A stretch of 43,118 nucleotides of DNA from a virus: IMG/VR virus record IMGVR_UViG_3300045988_069349. One strand, 5' to 3'. Positions 1-7,869 of the stretch are shown here, piece after piece. Both the position numbers and the translations under genes were made by a program. A model generated the notes under the pieces. The model was not told the origin of the DNA. It was given only the letters and a program-made list of their open reading frames with translations, and did not search any database. Each line of letters begins with the position of its first letter. The first letter of the stretch is position 1.

Positions 1-99
1 GTCCACCTGTCCATTGTGGCCGCTCACTAGCTCCCGGAAAAATGCCTGTACATTGCCGTTATAGCTGTACGGTTTTTTCAGGCTGTCGAGCAAAAAAGA
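1..99. repeat. Terminal overlap, copy 1 (same sequence as the last ~99 nt of the window)
   Basis: gtccacctgtccattgtggccgctcactagctcccgg...ggctgtcgagcaaaaaaga occurs at both ends. The reading frame of the ORF track (TTG at 43112..43110 = TTG at 93..91) fixes the offset at 43019. Confidence 0.9.
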
Positions 100-375
100 G
101 CGGTCGCCCTCACAATAGACGCTCTTTTGATTGTAAAAGTCCCGCGTATCATCCATCACGCGCCCCCGGAAGATGATGTCGCCGTCTTCTTCCACGGTTA
201 TGATGGATTTCAGCTTTTTGATGCTGTTATAGAGCAGATTTCCCGGCGGCATGACGAAGGACAGCGAACCCGCGCCGTTCACATCCAGCTTCAGCTTGGG
301 CGTGAGAATGTCCGTTCCCGCGCTGTCCGCATTATCCGCCCAGAGCAGCGCACCGTCCACGTATATCTTGTACAT
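1..375 (-). CDS. Tail tip protein Tal-1 (prophage tail endopeptidase-like N-terminal domain), N-terminal segment; continues across the circular junction into 41625..43019
   Basis: Manual reverse translation from ATG 375..373 gives MYKIYVDGALLWADNADSAGTDILTPKLKLDVNGAGSLSFVMPPGNLLYNSIKKLKSIITVEEDGDIIFRGRVMDD...SFLLDSLKKPYSYNGNVQAFF. This joins the ORF 41625..43112 in frame through the overlap. It is homologous to the Tal-2 N-terminus. Its start overlaps the Dit-1 stop (ATGA). Confidence 0.85.
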   Translation of the reverse strand, partial: MYKIYVDGALLWADNADSAGTDILTPKLKLDVNGAGSLSFVMPPGNLLYNSIKKLKSIITVEEDGDIIFRGRVMDDTRDFYNQKSVYCEGDRSFLLDSLKKPYSYNGNVQAFFRELVSGHNGQVD

Positions 376-797
376 CACAACCGCCTCCCCGTGCCGAAGC
401 GCTCCCGCTTGTACGGTTCAACCTCTGCTGTGATGGTCAGCGTCGCGGCCTTCTTGTCTGCTTCCAAGTCGCCCACAGTGACGCGCCCTTCGTAGTAATA
501 ATTCGCGTCGTCGTCAAGCGTGATCTTGAGCCGCTTTCCATGCAACGCCGCGAGAATTGCCGAATAGGTGATAGGCCAGCGCTCCCGCTCATCAATCATC
601 AGAAATTCAAAGCTCATCTGGCGCAGTTCATAGTGAACAGCGCCCGTCAGGCTTTCCGTCAGGTCAATCACCCTGTCAGAGCCGGGAACCTGAATCAATT
701 TTGTTTTCGGGGTCGGAGGACTGATGACAGGGCGGCTTTTGAGCACAAGCCCCCAATCCCGATAGGAATGTTTTTCTCCGAAAATCACGCCCATCAT
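375..797 (-). CDS. Distal tail protein (Dit)-like, short form (N-terminal belt domain only), Dit-1
   Basis: ORF track 375..803. ATG 797 lies 8 nt after GGAGG (rc of 806-810). MMGVIFGEKHSYRDWGLVL...LHGKRLKITLDDD..YYEGRV parallels Dit-2 MKGIRFGNLHTYDDLNLIL...LHGKKLKIILDDE..YYVGRL. The protein ends right after EPYK, where Dit-2 continues for ~85 more aa. Confidence 0.65.
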   Translation of the reverse strand: MMGVIFGEKHSYRDWGLVLKSRPVISPPTPKTKLIQVPGSDRVIDLTESLTGAVHYELRQMSFEFLMIDERERWPITYSAILAALHGKRLKITLDDDANYYYEGRVTVGDLEADKKAATLTITAEVEPYKRERFGTGRRL

Positions 798-799
798 GG

Positions 800-2971
800 T
801 CAATTCCTCCTTCCTTTGCGTCCGCTGATGGTGCCGAGCTGCTCGTCCATGCGCGGCGCAAGCTGGCCAACCAGTACGCCGGAATCAAGGACGATTTGCT
901 GGCCGCCGCGCGTATTGGCGACCATCTGCTGCATCAGGCCGGAAAGAGCATTGATGGCCGTTTCAAGCCGCCCGACCTCCGCGCTGCCCATTGTGCCGCT
1001 TCTCCATGCGTCAGCGTTCGCCCGGTTGAGCACCGTTTCGCCGTAATGCAGCCGCGCCAGATAGCCATCGCGTGGAACGAAATCAAGGCCGTTGGCGTGT
1101 CCCGGAATTGATCTTCCGCCGCCTGTTCCCGTGGAGGAACCGCCGCCGAACGAATGGCTGACATTGGCGTTGATATTGAAAATTCCCGCAATGCTGCTCT
1201 TTACGCCGTTCCACCACGATGTGATGCCATCTGCGACTTCCGAAGCAGAAGGCAGTTTTACTTCAAATATGGATTTGAAAATGTCGCCCACCGTTTTCAG
1301 CACATCGTCCCACCATGCTTTGATATTGGCAGCAACCGTTCCGAAGTCTTGAAGTTCAATACCAAACGGTGCTTTGATAAAGCCCTGAATGGCTGGAAGG
1401 GCTTCATCTTCCCACCATTGCGCGGCTCTCAGCGCAAGATCATTCCAGTCAGGCAAATCAATTCCGAAGGTTGCCTTGAAATAATTCTGTATTTCCGGCC
1501 AGATCACATCATTCCAGCCGTTAGCGATTTTTGTAGCAAGATCGCTCCAATACGGAAGATTGAGTTCAAAAATCGCCTTGAAGAAATCGTGAATGGCTGG
1601 CCATATCACATTATTCCATCCATCAGAAATCTTTTGCGTCAAATCCGTCCAGCTCGGCAATTCAATTCCGAAGACTGTTTTGAAGAAATTCTGAATAGCT
1701 GGCCAAATAACGGTATTCCATCCTGTCGAGATATCCGTGGCAATTTGGCTCCAGTCAGGCAAATCAACGCCGAATATCGCCTTGAAATAGCCCTGAATCA
1801 GCGGCCAAACCACGCTTTGCCACGCCGTACTGATGGCATTAGCAACCGCCGAAAGGATGGAAGGAATATCATCAACCAGTTTCGATAGTGCCCCACGGAT
1901 TGCTTTGTTGAGATTGACGAACAGATTTCCGATGCTCTGCCCGATATTTTTGAAAAAATCACCATTGCCAACGGACAAGTTTTTAAGATAGGACACGATG
2001 TCCGTTCCCATTTTCTTGAACGCTTGCGGCAACGCCTTGAGGTTCAACCCGTCTTCAGTGAATACGTCCTTAAAATACCCGGCAACTTTATCAAGGCCGT
2101 TGGAAAATCCCGTCATAAAAGCCTCAGTCTTTTCCGTCAGCCCCGGCATGATCTTGTTCAGCGTCCGCATTGCCGGAAGAATGAGCTTTTCCAGAATGGG
2201 CTTGCCGATAACACCTTTAAGCTGGCGCATGTGCTCATTCAGGTTTGCAAGGACGTTTGCATATTCCCCGGATTCTTTCGCCGCCTGCCCCGTTGCGCCG
2301 GATTGCGCCATCATATCCTTGGCGTATTGCAAGCGCGTCGCCTGTTTGGTTGCTTCATCCAGTGCCGACCATGCCTTTGTTTCCGAAACGATGCCTTTTT
2401 TAACGGCATAGGCCGCCATCTGCGTATCGTTGGCAAACAGACCGATTGCCTCGCCGCCTTCATAGCTGCCGTTGATGAAGCTGTTCAAGTGGGACATAGA
2501 TTCATCAAGCGATTTGTCCCAGAAGGCCGACGCATCCGCAGCAATCGTCAAGCCCTCTTGTGCAAGGTTGGTCGCCTCATCCACGCCATAGCCCAAGCCC
2601 TTGAATTTCGCCGTCATGCTGGTCATGTAAGGCGTGAGTCGAGAAGATACCATGCCCGTCTCGCTGGCGACCTTATCCATCTTCTCCTGCGCCATATAGG
2701 CGTAGTCGCCCATAATCTGCTCAAAAGATGCCTGTTCCGCCGCGATGCTGGCGTAGGTTTCAGCACAATCTTTTCCAAAGTCCTTGATTTTGTCCACGGC
2801 AAAGGCCGCCACAACCGCCGTACCGACTTTCTTGGCCAGACCTCCAATTTTGCCGAAAGCGGCCTCCATCGTATTCGATAGGCCGCTCGCTTTGTTTCCC
2901 GTGTCAGATATCGCCTTATTTGCTTTTGCGTTGTCGATTGCAATGGTGCCGAAAAGTTCAAAAATGTTCAT
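800..2971 (-). CDS. Tail tape measure protein, second copy (TMP-2)
   Basis: ORF 800..2980. The likely ATG at 2971 is preceded by GGCGGTGAAGCCT, the same SD context as the portal start. The N-terminus NIFELFGTIAIDNAKANKAI...FGKIGGLAKKVG parallels TMP-1. There are 34-aa W/F repeats. The C-terminus IVLDSGVLVGQLAPRMDEQLG is typical of TMP ends. Confidence 0.8.
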   Translation of the reverse strand: MNIFELFGTIAIDNAKANKAISDTGNKASGLSNTMEAAFGKIGGLAKKVGTAVVAAFAVDKIKDFGKDCAETYASIAAEQASFEQIMGDYAYMAQEKMDKVASETGMVSSRLTPYMTSMTAKFKGLGYGVDEATNLAQEGLTIAADASAFWDKSLDESMSHLNSFINGSYEGGEAIGLFANDTQMAAYAVKKGIVSETKAWSALDEATKQATRLQYAKDMMAQSGATGQAAKESGEYANVLANLNEHMRQLKGVIGKPILEKLILPAMRTLNKIMPGLTEKTEAFMTGFSNGLDKVAGYFKDVFTEDGLNLKALPQAFKKMGTDIVSYLKNLSVGNGDFFKNIGQSIGNLFVNLNKAIRGALSKLVDDIPSILSAVANAISTAWQSVVWPLIQGYFKAIFGVDLPDWSQIATDISTGWNTVIWPAIQNFFKTVFGIELPSWTDLTQKISDGWNNVIWPAIHDFFKAIFELNLPYWSDLATKIANGWNDVIWPEIQNYFKATFGIDLPDWNDLALRAAQWWEDEALPAIQGFIKAPFGIELQDFGTVAANIKAWWDDVLKTVGDIFKSIFEVKLPSASEVADGITSWWNGVKSSIAGIFNINANVSHSFGGGSSTGTGGGRSIPGHANGLDFVPRDGYLARLHYGETVLNRANADAWRSGTMGSAEVGRLETAINALSGLMQQMVANTRGGQQIVLDSGVLVGQLAPRMDEQLGTISGRKGRRN
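1175..1864 (-). repeat. About 6.5 tandem 34-aa (102-nt) coding repeats inside TMP-2
   Basis: LPDWSQIATDISTGWNTVIWPAIQNFFKTVFGIE / LPSWTDLTQKISDGWNNVIWPAIHDFFKAIFELN / LPYWSDLATKIANGWNDVIWPEIQNYFKATFGID / LPDWNDLALRAAQWWEDEALPAIQGFIKAPFGIE, and further copies. Confidence 0.85.
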
Positions 2972-3004
2972 AGGCTTCACCGCCCATCTTCCATAAAAAA
3001 GTTA

Positions 3005-4744
3005 TTATCGTGTGTTTCCCCTCATCGTGTGCGTCAGCCTGTCGTTCATGCCCGCGTCAAGCAGGGGCAGAAGCTCGCCGACCAGCGCACCATTGGATAG
3101 CCTCACATCCTTCGGCATGATGCGCCGGAGAAAGTCCATCAGCAGCCCGTTTTGCTCAATGAGCGTTCGGATGATGGCCTCGTTATCCTGCCGCACCGCT
3201 TCCCGGATGTAGGTTTGCAGCGTGTCGATAGGGGCAATAGCTTCTTTTCCGGCCTCTCCGCCGCCGAGCAGCGTGTCGCCCGTCATGCCGAAAATGGTGG
3301 GCTTGTCAAGGATGCCGCCCTCGGCGTTCCACTTCACATTAAAATTCGGCAGCTTTCCCTTGCCAGCGATTCCGAAAGGTGCTTTTCCTCCGCTGACGGA
3401 AATCTTTGGAATTTTCAGGTTGCTGAAGATTTTCCCGACCTTCAGCGGGAAAAAGCCCTTGATTTTGTCAATCACGCTTTTCACTTTTTCCCGCGCATCG
3501 TCCATCTTGTCGGTGATGGCGCTTTTGATCTTCCCGAAGGAATCCTGAACGGTTTTCACCGCGCCTTTCAGATCGTTGAATTTGCTCTTAATCCACTTGG
3601 TGGCCGAACCACATGCAGATTTGATTTTATCCCACATCGAAATCCAGAAATTTCGGAAACCCTCGTTGTTTTTCCACAGGTACAGAAAACCAGCCACAAG
3701 AGCCGCAATCAGCGTGATGATAATGCCGATGACGTTGGCCTTCATGGCGACGTTCAGCGCCTTCATGGCCACGGTGACGAGCTTGATGGCCGCCGATGCT
3801 TTCTTCATCGCGCTGGAAAAACCCATCACGGCCACAAAGCCAGAAACCGCGACCGTCGCCGCGACAATGCCCGCCTTCATAATGTCCACCGTCGTCTTGT
3901 TCTCCTTCATCCATTTGCGCATGTCCTTGATTTTGCGGATGAAGGATTCGAGCTTTGGGACGGCAGCCTCAACCATGCCCGCAACCGCGTTTTTAACGGC
4001 TGTCAGGATAGGTTCACCCACGCGCCCAAGCTCGGCCATTGCGCCGTTGAGCCTTTCCTGTGCCCGGTTTGCATCCATCACGTCCTTGTTGGTCTGCTTG
4101 TACTGGTCGGATGCGCTCTTATAGGTATTGTTCAGCGTCTCCATGATGAGCTTCTGGCGTTCCTGCTCGGTGGAGCACTTGGCCAGCTTGTCGTTAAATT
4201 CATCCTCGGATATGCCCGCCCAGTTCAGCGCATCCGCGAGCGGTCCGGTCACTTCGCCGACCTTGGCCGTTTCGTTCGCCGCTTCCGTCAGCCCCTCAAT
4301 AGGGAGTGAATCGCCGAACGTCGCAAAAACGCCCGTACAGATATCCGTCCACGTCTGCAAATCCTTTTCGTTGTCCGTCATCACAGCCAGATGGTTCGCA
4401 GCCTCAACGGAAACGTCCGTTTCGCCGAGCACGGCTTGTAAATCCTGATAGGTTTTTTTCGCCGCGTCAGAGGAATGGCCGTTGGTTACGAAGGCCGTGT
4501 CCAGCTTGCCCATTTCCGTCCGATATTCCCGGCTGCCCTCAATGGCCGCAATCCACGCTGTTCCCAGCGTCACGCCCGCAGCGACAACGGCCTTTCCGAC
4601 CTTCAGCGCTGCGCCGCCAATCTTTGAGAAGGCGGATTCCGACTTTTTCCCAGCGCCGTCCGCTTTGGCCGTCGTTTCCTCCAGCGCCCGATTGGCCTGT
4701 TCGTTGTCAATCGCGATTGTCCCCAGAATCTTGAATAGCTCCAC
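3005..4744 (-). CDS. Tail tape measure protein, first copy (TMP-1)
   Basis: ORF 3005..4768. The probable GTG start at 4744 follows GGGGGTG. The N-terminus is ELFKILGTIAIDNEQANRAL...FSKIGGAALKVG. There is a TP901-type core (FGDSLPIEGLTEAANETAKVG), a hydrophobic TM block (IIITLIAALVAGFLYLW) and a C-terminus GGEAGKEAIAPI...ALVGELLPLLDAGMNDRL. Confidence 0.85.
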   Translation of the reverse strand: MELFKILGTIAIDNEQANRALEETTAKADGAGKKSESAFSKIGGAALKVGKAVVAAGVTLGTAWIAAIEGSREYRTEMGKLDTAFVTNGHSSDAAKKTYQDLQAVLGETDVSVEAANHLAVMTDNEKDLQTWTDICTGVFATFGDSLPIEGLTEAANETAKVGEVTGPLADALNWAGISEDEFNDKLAKCSTEQERQKLIMETLNNTYKSASDQYKQTNKDVMDANRAQERLNGAMAELGRVGEPILTAVKNAVAGMVEAAVPKLESFIRKIKDMRKWMKENKTTVDIMKAGIVAATVAVSGFVAVMGFSSAMKKASAAIKLVTVAMKALNVAMKANVIGIIITLIAALVAGFLYLWKNNEGFRNFWISMWDKIKSACGSATKWIKSKFNDLKGAVKTVQDSFGKIKSAITDKMDDAREKVKSVIDKIKGFFPLKVGKIFSNLKIPKISVSGGKAPFGIAGKGKLPNFNVKWNAEGGILDKPTIFGMTGDTLLGGGEAGKEAIAPIDTLQTYIREAVRQDNEAIIRTLIEQNGLLMDFLRRIMPKDVRLSNGALVGELLPLLDAGMNDRLTHTMRGNTR

Positions 4745-5087
4745 CTCTTGCACCCCCAGAAGGGTCAAAGCCCGTCAGCATGTTATACGATTGCGAGACG
4801 GTGCTCTTGATTTCTTCCTGCGTTGGTGCTGCTTTCGCGTCCGATTTGACAGACGCACGGAAATCTGCATAGGACTGGTCGAAAACCCGATGCAGCCAAA
4901 TCTTCCAGAGCGTTTCATCTTCCTGCTCTTTGTTGTATAGGCCGACAAATTCATTGACAAATTCCTCCAGCCGCCCGCCCCGTATCATCCCATCAAGCAG
5001 GGTGAGAGGGGAGGCATAGCGCCGGAAAATCAGGTCAAAGAATTGCACGTCGTTTATTTCAACAATCCGAGCACATCCGCGAAAAAA
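4707..5087 (-). CDS. Tail assembly chaperone gpT-like -1 frame extension (made as a G-T fusion by programmed frameshift)
   Basis: The -1 frame relative to the gpG-like ORF is open from exactly the slippery site (upstream TGA at 5090..5088) down to 4707. It reads FFRGCARIVEINDVQFFDLIFRRYASPLTLLDGMIRGG... . It sits in the canonical position between gpG and the TMP. Confidence 0.7.
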   Translation of the reverse strand, partial: FFRGCARIVEINDVQFFDLIFRRYASPLTLLDGMIRGGRLEEFVNEFVGLYNKEQEDETLWKIWLHRVFDQSYADFRASVKSDAKAAPTQEEIKSTVSQSYNMLTGFDPSGGARGGAIQDSGDNRD

Positions 5088-5461
5088 TCAGGGAACTCCT
5101 TTTTCCTGATGGTGTCCTTGACCATCGCCATGAACACGTGAGACGGAAGCGCGGCGATTTCATCCGCCTTCATGCCGGAGAGCGCCGCAAGCAGGGCATA
5201 GATTTCGGCTTTGCAATCCGGCAGATGGTCGATAATCACGCCCGCGACTTCCAGCATCACGGCCACGCCGACGCTCGCCATCTCGTTTTCTTCCGCCTTC
5301 TTCCCCTCGCCGTCCTGCATCGCGGCCTTGATAGCCTCACGCACCTCCGGCGTGGCAAAGCAGTTTTTCATTTCCTTGATGCCGATTTTGCGGATGACGT
5401 TGACGACCAGAAAGATATCGTCCGCAGTCAAATCGCGCAGCGTATACTCAACGTTTTCCAT
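5054..5461 (-). CDS. Tail assembly chaperone gpG-like
   Basis: 135-aa acidic ORF between the major tail gene and the TMP. It ends ...KEFPDFFADVLGLLK, with the slippery heptamer 8 codons before its stop. Confidence 0.75.
   Translation of the reverse strand: MENVEYTLRDLTADDIFLVVNVIRKIGIKEMKNCFATPEVREAIKAAMQDGEGKKAEENEMASVGVAVMLEVAGVIIDHLPDCKAEIYALLAALSGMKADEIAALPSHVFMAMVKDTIRKKEFPDFFADVLGLLK
5081..5087 (-). promoter_or_regulatory. Programmed -1 ribosomal frameshift slippery heptamer T_TTT_TTC
   Basis: The reverse complement of gaaaaaa (5081-5087) is TTTTTTC, read in the zero frame as GAT TTT TTC (D F F). This fits the X_XXY_YYZ pattern. Confidence 0.75.
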
Positions 5462-5479
5462 GTGCCTCTCTCCTTTTTA

Positions 5480-5511
5480 TAAAAATCGGGCAGGGAAGCA
5501 GCCCCCGCCCG
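5480..5511 (-). terminator. Intrinsic terminator/attenuator after the major tail protein gene
   Basis: Minus-strand RNA CGGGCGGGG-gcugcuu-CCCUGCCCG (9 bp, one G.U) followed by AUUUUUAU. It lies 13 nt after the stop at 5524. Confidence 0.6.
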
Positions 5512-5523
5512 GTTGGTTTCTGA

Positions 5524-6099
5524 TTAGGTTGCCTTGGGATAGTAGATGTGCCACGGCAGCGTTTCAAGGTCGCCGGAAAGCTCGGCATAGCACTCAAAGG
5601 TAAATTTGCCGACCGCGCCTTCCTTGTTTTTGCTCTCCGGCTCAAGACCGCTCGTGCAGAGCGCATTGTCGAGGATGGCGATGATCGGCTCGCCGTCAAG
5701 CGTTGCGCCGACAAAGGCGATGTTTTCCCAATAGTCGCCCTCCACGATGTCGGCCTTGCTCTCGATGAGATCATACTTTGTATCGGCAGACGTTCCAGCA
5801 TTGCCCAGCGTCGCCGCCGTGATGACCTCCTTGGACAGCTCCAGCAGATTGACCTCCATTGTGGCCGTTTCGCCCGTCTTCTTGTTCAGTCCCTTGGCGG
5901 AGACAAACACGCCGTCGGCCTCGACCTTCGTGATTTCCGGCACGATGGAGAGCTTGCTGCCGCCGCTCGTCGCGCCGATGATGCTCGCGTCAAAGTTCCA
6001 CTTGTCGCCCTCGTACTTCAGACCCTTGTGAATCGTGCCAGCACCGAAGAGGATATTCTTGGGCGTGTTTGCCGACACGCCATTGATACCCGTTTTCAT
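5524..6099 (-). CDS. Major tail (tube) protein
   Basis: 191 aa, MKTGINGVSANTPKNILFGAGTIHKGLKY...; beta-rich. Positioned between the tail-completion genes and the G/GT chaperones. Confidence 0.75.
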   Translation of the reverse strand: MKTGINGVSANTPKNILFGAGTIHKGLKYEGDKWNFDASIIGATSGGSKLSIVPEITKVEADGVFVSAKGLNKKTGETATMEVNLLELSKEVITAATLGNAGTSADTKYDLIESKADIVEGDYWENIAFVGATLDGEPIIAILDNALCTSGLEPESKNKEGAVGKFTFECYAELSGDLETLPWHIYYPKAT

Positions 6100-6100
6100 A

Positions 6101-6478
6101 TCAGTTCACCTTCCATTCCTGTATGGTCAGATTGATTTTAATGCTTTTCAGCTCCGCGTCGCCCGTCGGCACGGGATAACCGCCGCCGTAGAAGATGGCC
6201 AGCCCCGTCCCGTCCGGCAGGATGGTCGTAACCGCCACGCTCTTTTCGATGGCGGCCTTGTCCTTTTCCAGCAGCCCCCAGTCTCCACGCGTAAAGCCCC
6301 GGAGGATGAACGTTGTTTCCTGCCGCCCGTCCTCTTCAAGCGTCGCCATTTGGGGTTCGGTATACTCGCCGACGAAATAGCGGTCGCCCGGAGGCTTGCT
6401 TTTCCATTCCATGAAGGCGTATGGGATAGAAAGGCTGCCCATCAGGTTATTGATGTATTTCATCGTTTCAGTGGTCAT
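6101..6478 (-). CDS. Tail completion/terminator-like protein
   Basis: 125-aa ORF immediately upstream of the tube gene. It overlaps its upstream neighbour by 4 nt. The assignment is by synteny only. Confidence 0.5.
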   Translation of the reverse strand: MTTETMKYINNLMGSLSIPYAFMEWKSKPPGDRYFVGEYTEPQMATLEEDGRQETTFILRGFTRGDWGLLEKDKAAIEKSVAVTTILPDGTGLAIFYGGGYPVPTGDAELKSIKINLTIQEWKVN

Positions 6479-6981
6479 TCTTCCATCCTCTCCTTCAGCT
6501 TTTCTTCAAGGTCGGCTTTGGCCTTCGCCTGATTTCCCTTAAAGGCGTTTTCAAGCGTATGGCTCGGTCTGCGGCCATTGGTGACGATGGCCTCTTTCTT
6601 GTACCGTGCGCGGATATAAGCAGCCATCGCAAGCGCTTCTTCTTTTGTTGCGTATGTCTGGCCGCCTCCCATGGTAGGCTGTCCGGGGCAGTAAATCCAC
6701 CAGCCTTTTCGACCGTCGCCGTGAACCGCGTATTCGCCTGTTCCGAACTCTTCCCAATATCCGGCCTCAAGAGGTGTTCCGACTTGCGCCTTGCCCGCGC
6801 TGTCGTCCGTCTGGAAGCCATAGGAGCCTTTGAGCTGCTTTCCCGCGTCTTCATCCATCTGGCAGTTTCTCGCCGCCGTGGAGGCGATTTCCGCCGCCCA
6901 TGCGTTCAACCATGCGATAGTGGTTTCATCAAGCGCCGCCTCGACCTCCAAGCTCATATCGTTAAAGACGACATTCGCCAT
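6475..6981 (-). CDS. HK97 gp10-like neck/tail-completion protein
   Basis: Start at MANVVFNDMSLEVEAALDET (ATG 6981, 1 nt after the upstream stop). LEAGYWEEFGTGEY and the C-terminal RRPSHTLENAF resemble the gp10 family. Confidence 0.6.
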   Translation of the reverse strand: MANVVFNDMSLEVEAALDETTIAWLNAWAAEIASTAARNCQMDEDAGKQLKGSYGFQTDDSAGKAQVGTPLEAGYWEEFGTGEYAVHGDGRKGWWIYCPGQPTMGGGQTYATKEEALAMAAYIRARYKKEAIVTNGRRPSHTLENAFKGNQAKAKADLEEKLKERMEE

Positions 6982-6982
6982 A

Positions 6983-7327
6983 TCACTGTCCCCCAGTGTA
7001 TTTGAGATAGATTTCAAGCTGACTTCCCTCGCCCAGCTCCATCGGGTTGTCAATCAGCATCACGTCGTAACGCTTGCCCGCAATCGTCACCCGTGCATTT
7101 TCAGCCGTCACGTCATCCGGCAGCGGCTTATAATCCGCAATGAATACGTGCGTGGATTGCTGCACCTTGGCGGAAAATACCGTATAGCGGGAATCGCCGG
7201 AAGCAAGATCGAGCCAGCCGCGCAGCCTTGCCGCCTCCTGCCAGCTTTCAATATGCTCGCCGATTTCGTTCTTGGTCACTGTGTGCTTTTCGATGATGGC
7301 CGTCAGGTTGCCGCCGATGCCCTTCAT
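6983..7327 (-). CDS. Head-tail adaptor / head closure protein (SPP1 gp16-like)
   Basis: 114 aa; ...TVTKNEIGEHIESWQEAARLRGWLDLASGDSRY... pattern, plus synteny. Confidence 0.6.
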   Translation of the reverse strand: MKGIGGNLTAIIEKHTVTKNEIGEHIESWQEAARLRGWLDLASGDSRYTVFSAKVQQSTHVFIADYKPLPDDVTAENARVTIAGKRYDVMLIDNPMELGEGSQLEIYLKYTGGQ

Positions 7328-7869
7328 ACGCGCACCCCCTGACCGAATCGCGCCTTCATGTAGGGCTTTAGGAAGCCCAGCAGCGCCTTCGGAAATCCGG
7401 CAATGGAATTGTCGCCGGACATATCGAAATAAGACACAGAGTGCCGGGAGATGGTTTCAGAGCTGATACCCACCTTTTCCCGGTTATTCAGTTCCCATTT
7501 CATCATGTTGACCACGCCCATCTTGATATCGGCGGGATAGATGACGCGCGTCACGCGGACATCCTTTTCATCGTAGGTCTTTTCTTTGAGCGTGACGGTT
7601 GCGTCATCCGCTGCCGTGACCGTATAGAGGCCGTCGTTCAGCTCGGAATCGCTGATTTGCAGCGTGTCGCCGACATCAAAGGGTTGGAGCGCCTCCATGT
7701 AGAGAAAACCGCCCACAACGTCAGCCTCGCGCCGCGCCGCCCGCTGCTGGAAATTGTTGTTCGTATAAGCGCGAATCAACAGCTCCATCGCCCGCAGCTT
7801 TTCTTCCAGCACGTCGTCGGTTTCGTCGGTTTCGATGTGCTTTCGCAGTGCCTCGACCGTCAGAATCAT
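7324..7869 (-). CDS. Head-tail connector (gp6-like DNA-packaging/connector protein)
   Basis: MILTVEALRKHIETDETDDVLEEKLRAMELLIRAYTNNNF is a typical N-terminus for this family. Synteny after the capsid gene supports it. Confidence 0.55.
   Translation of the reverse strand: MILTVEALRKHIETDETDDVLEEKLRAMELLIRAYTNNNFQQRAARREADVVGGFLYMEALQPFDVGDTLQISDSELNDGLYTVTAADDATVTLKEKTYDEKDVRVTRVIYPADIKMGVVNMMKWELNNREKVGISSETISRHSVSYFDMSGDNSIAGFPKALLGFLKPYMKARFGQGVRV

Noticed and set aside
1175-1864. Regular tandem repeats here (and at 40545-40742 and 28419-28471), considered as possible CRISPR arrays.
   Set aside because: The repeats are contiguous, with no unique spacers. They are in frame within structural genes or within a 5' leader. 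No cas genes are present.
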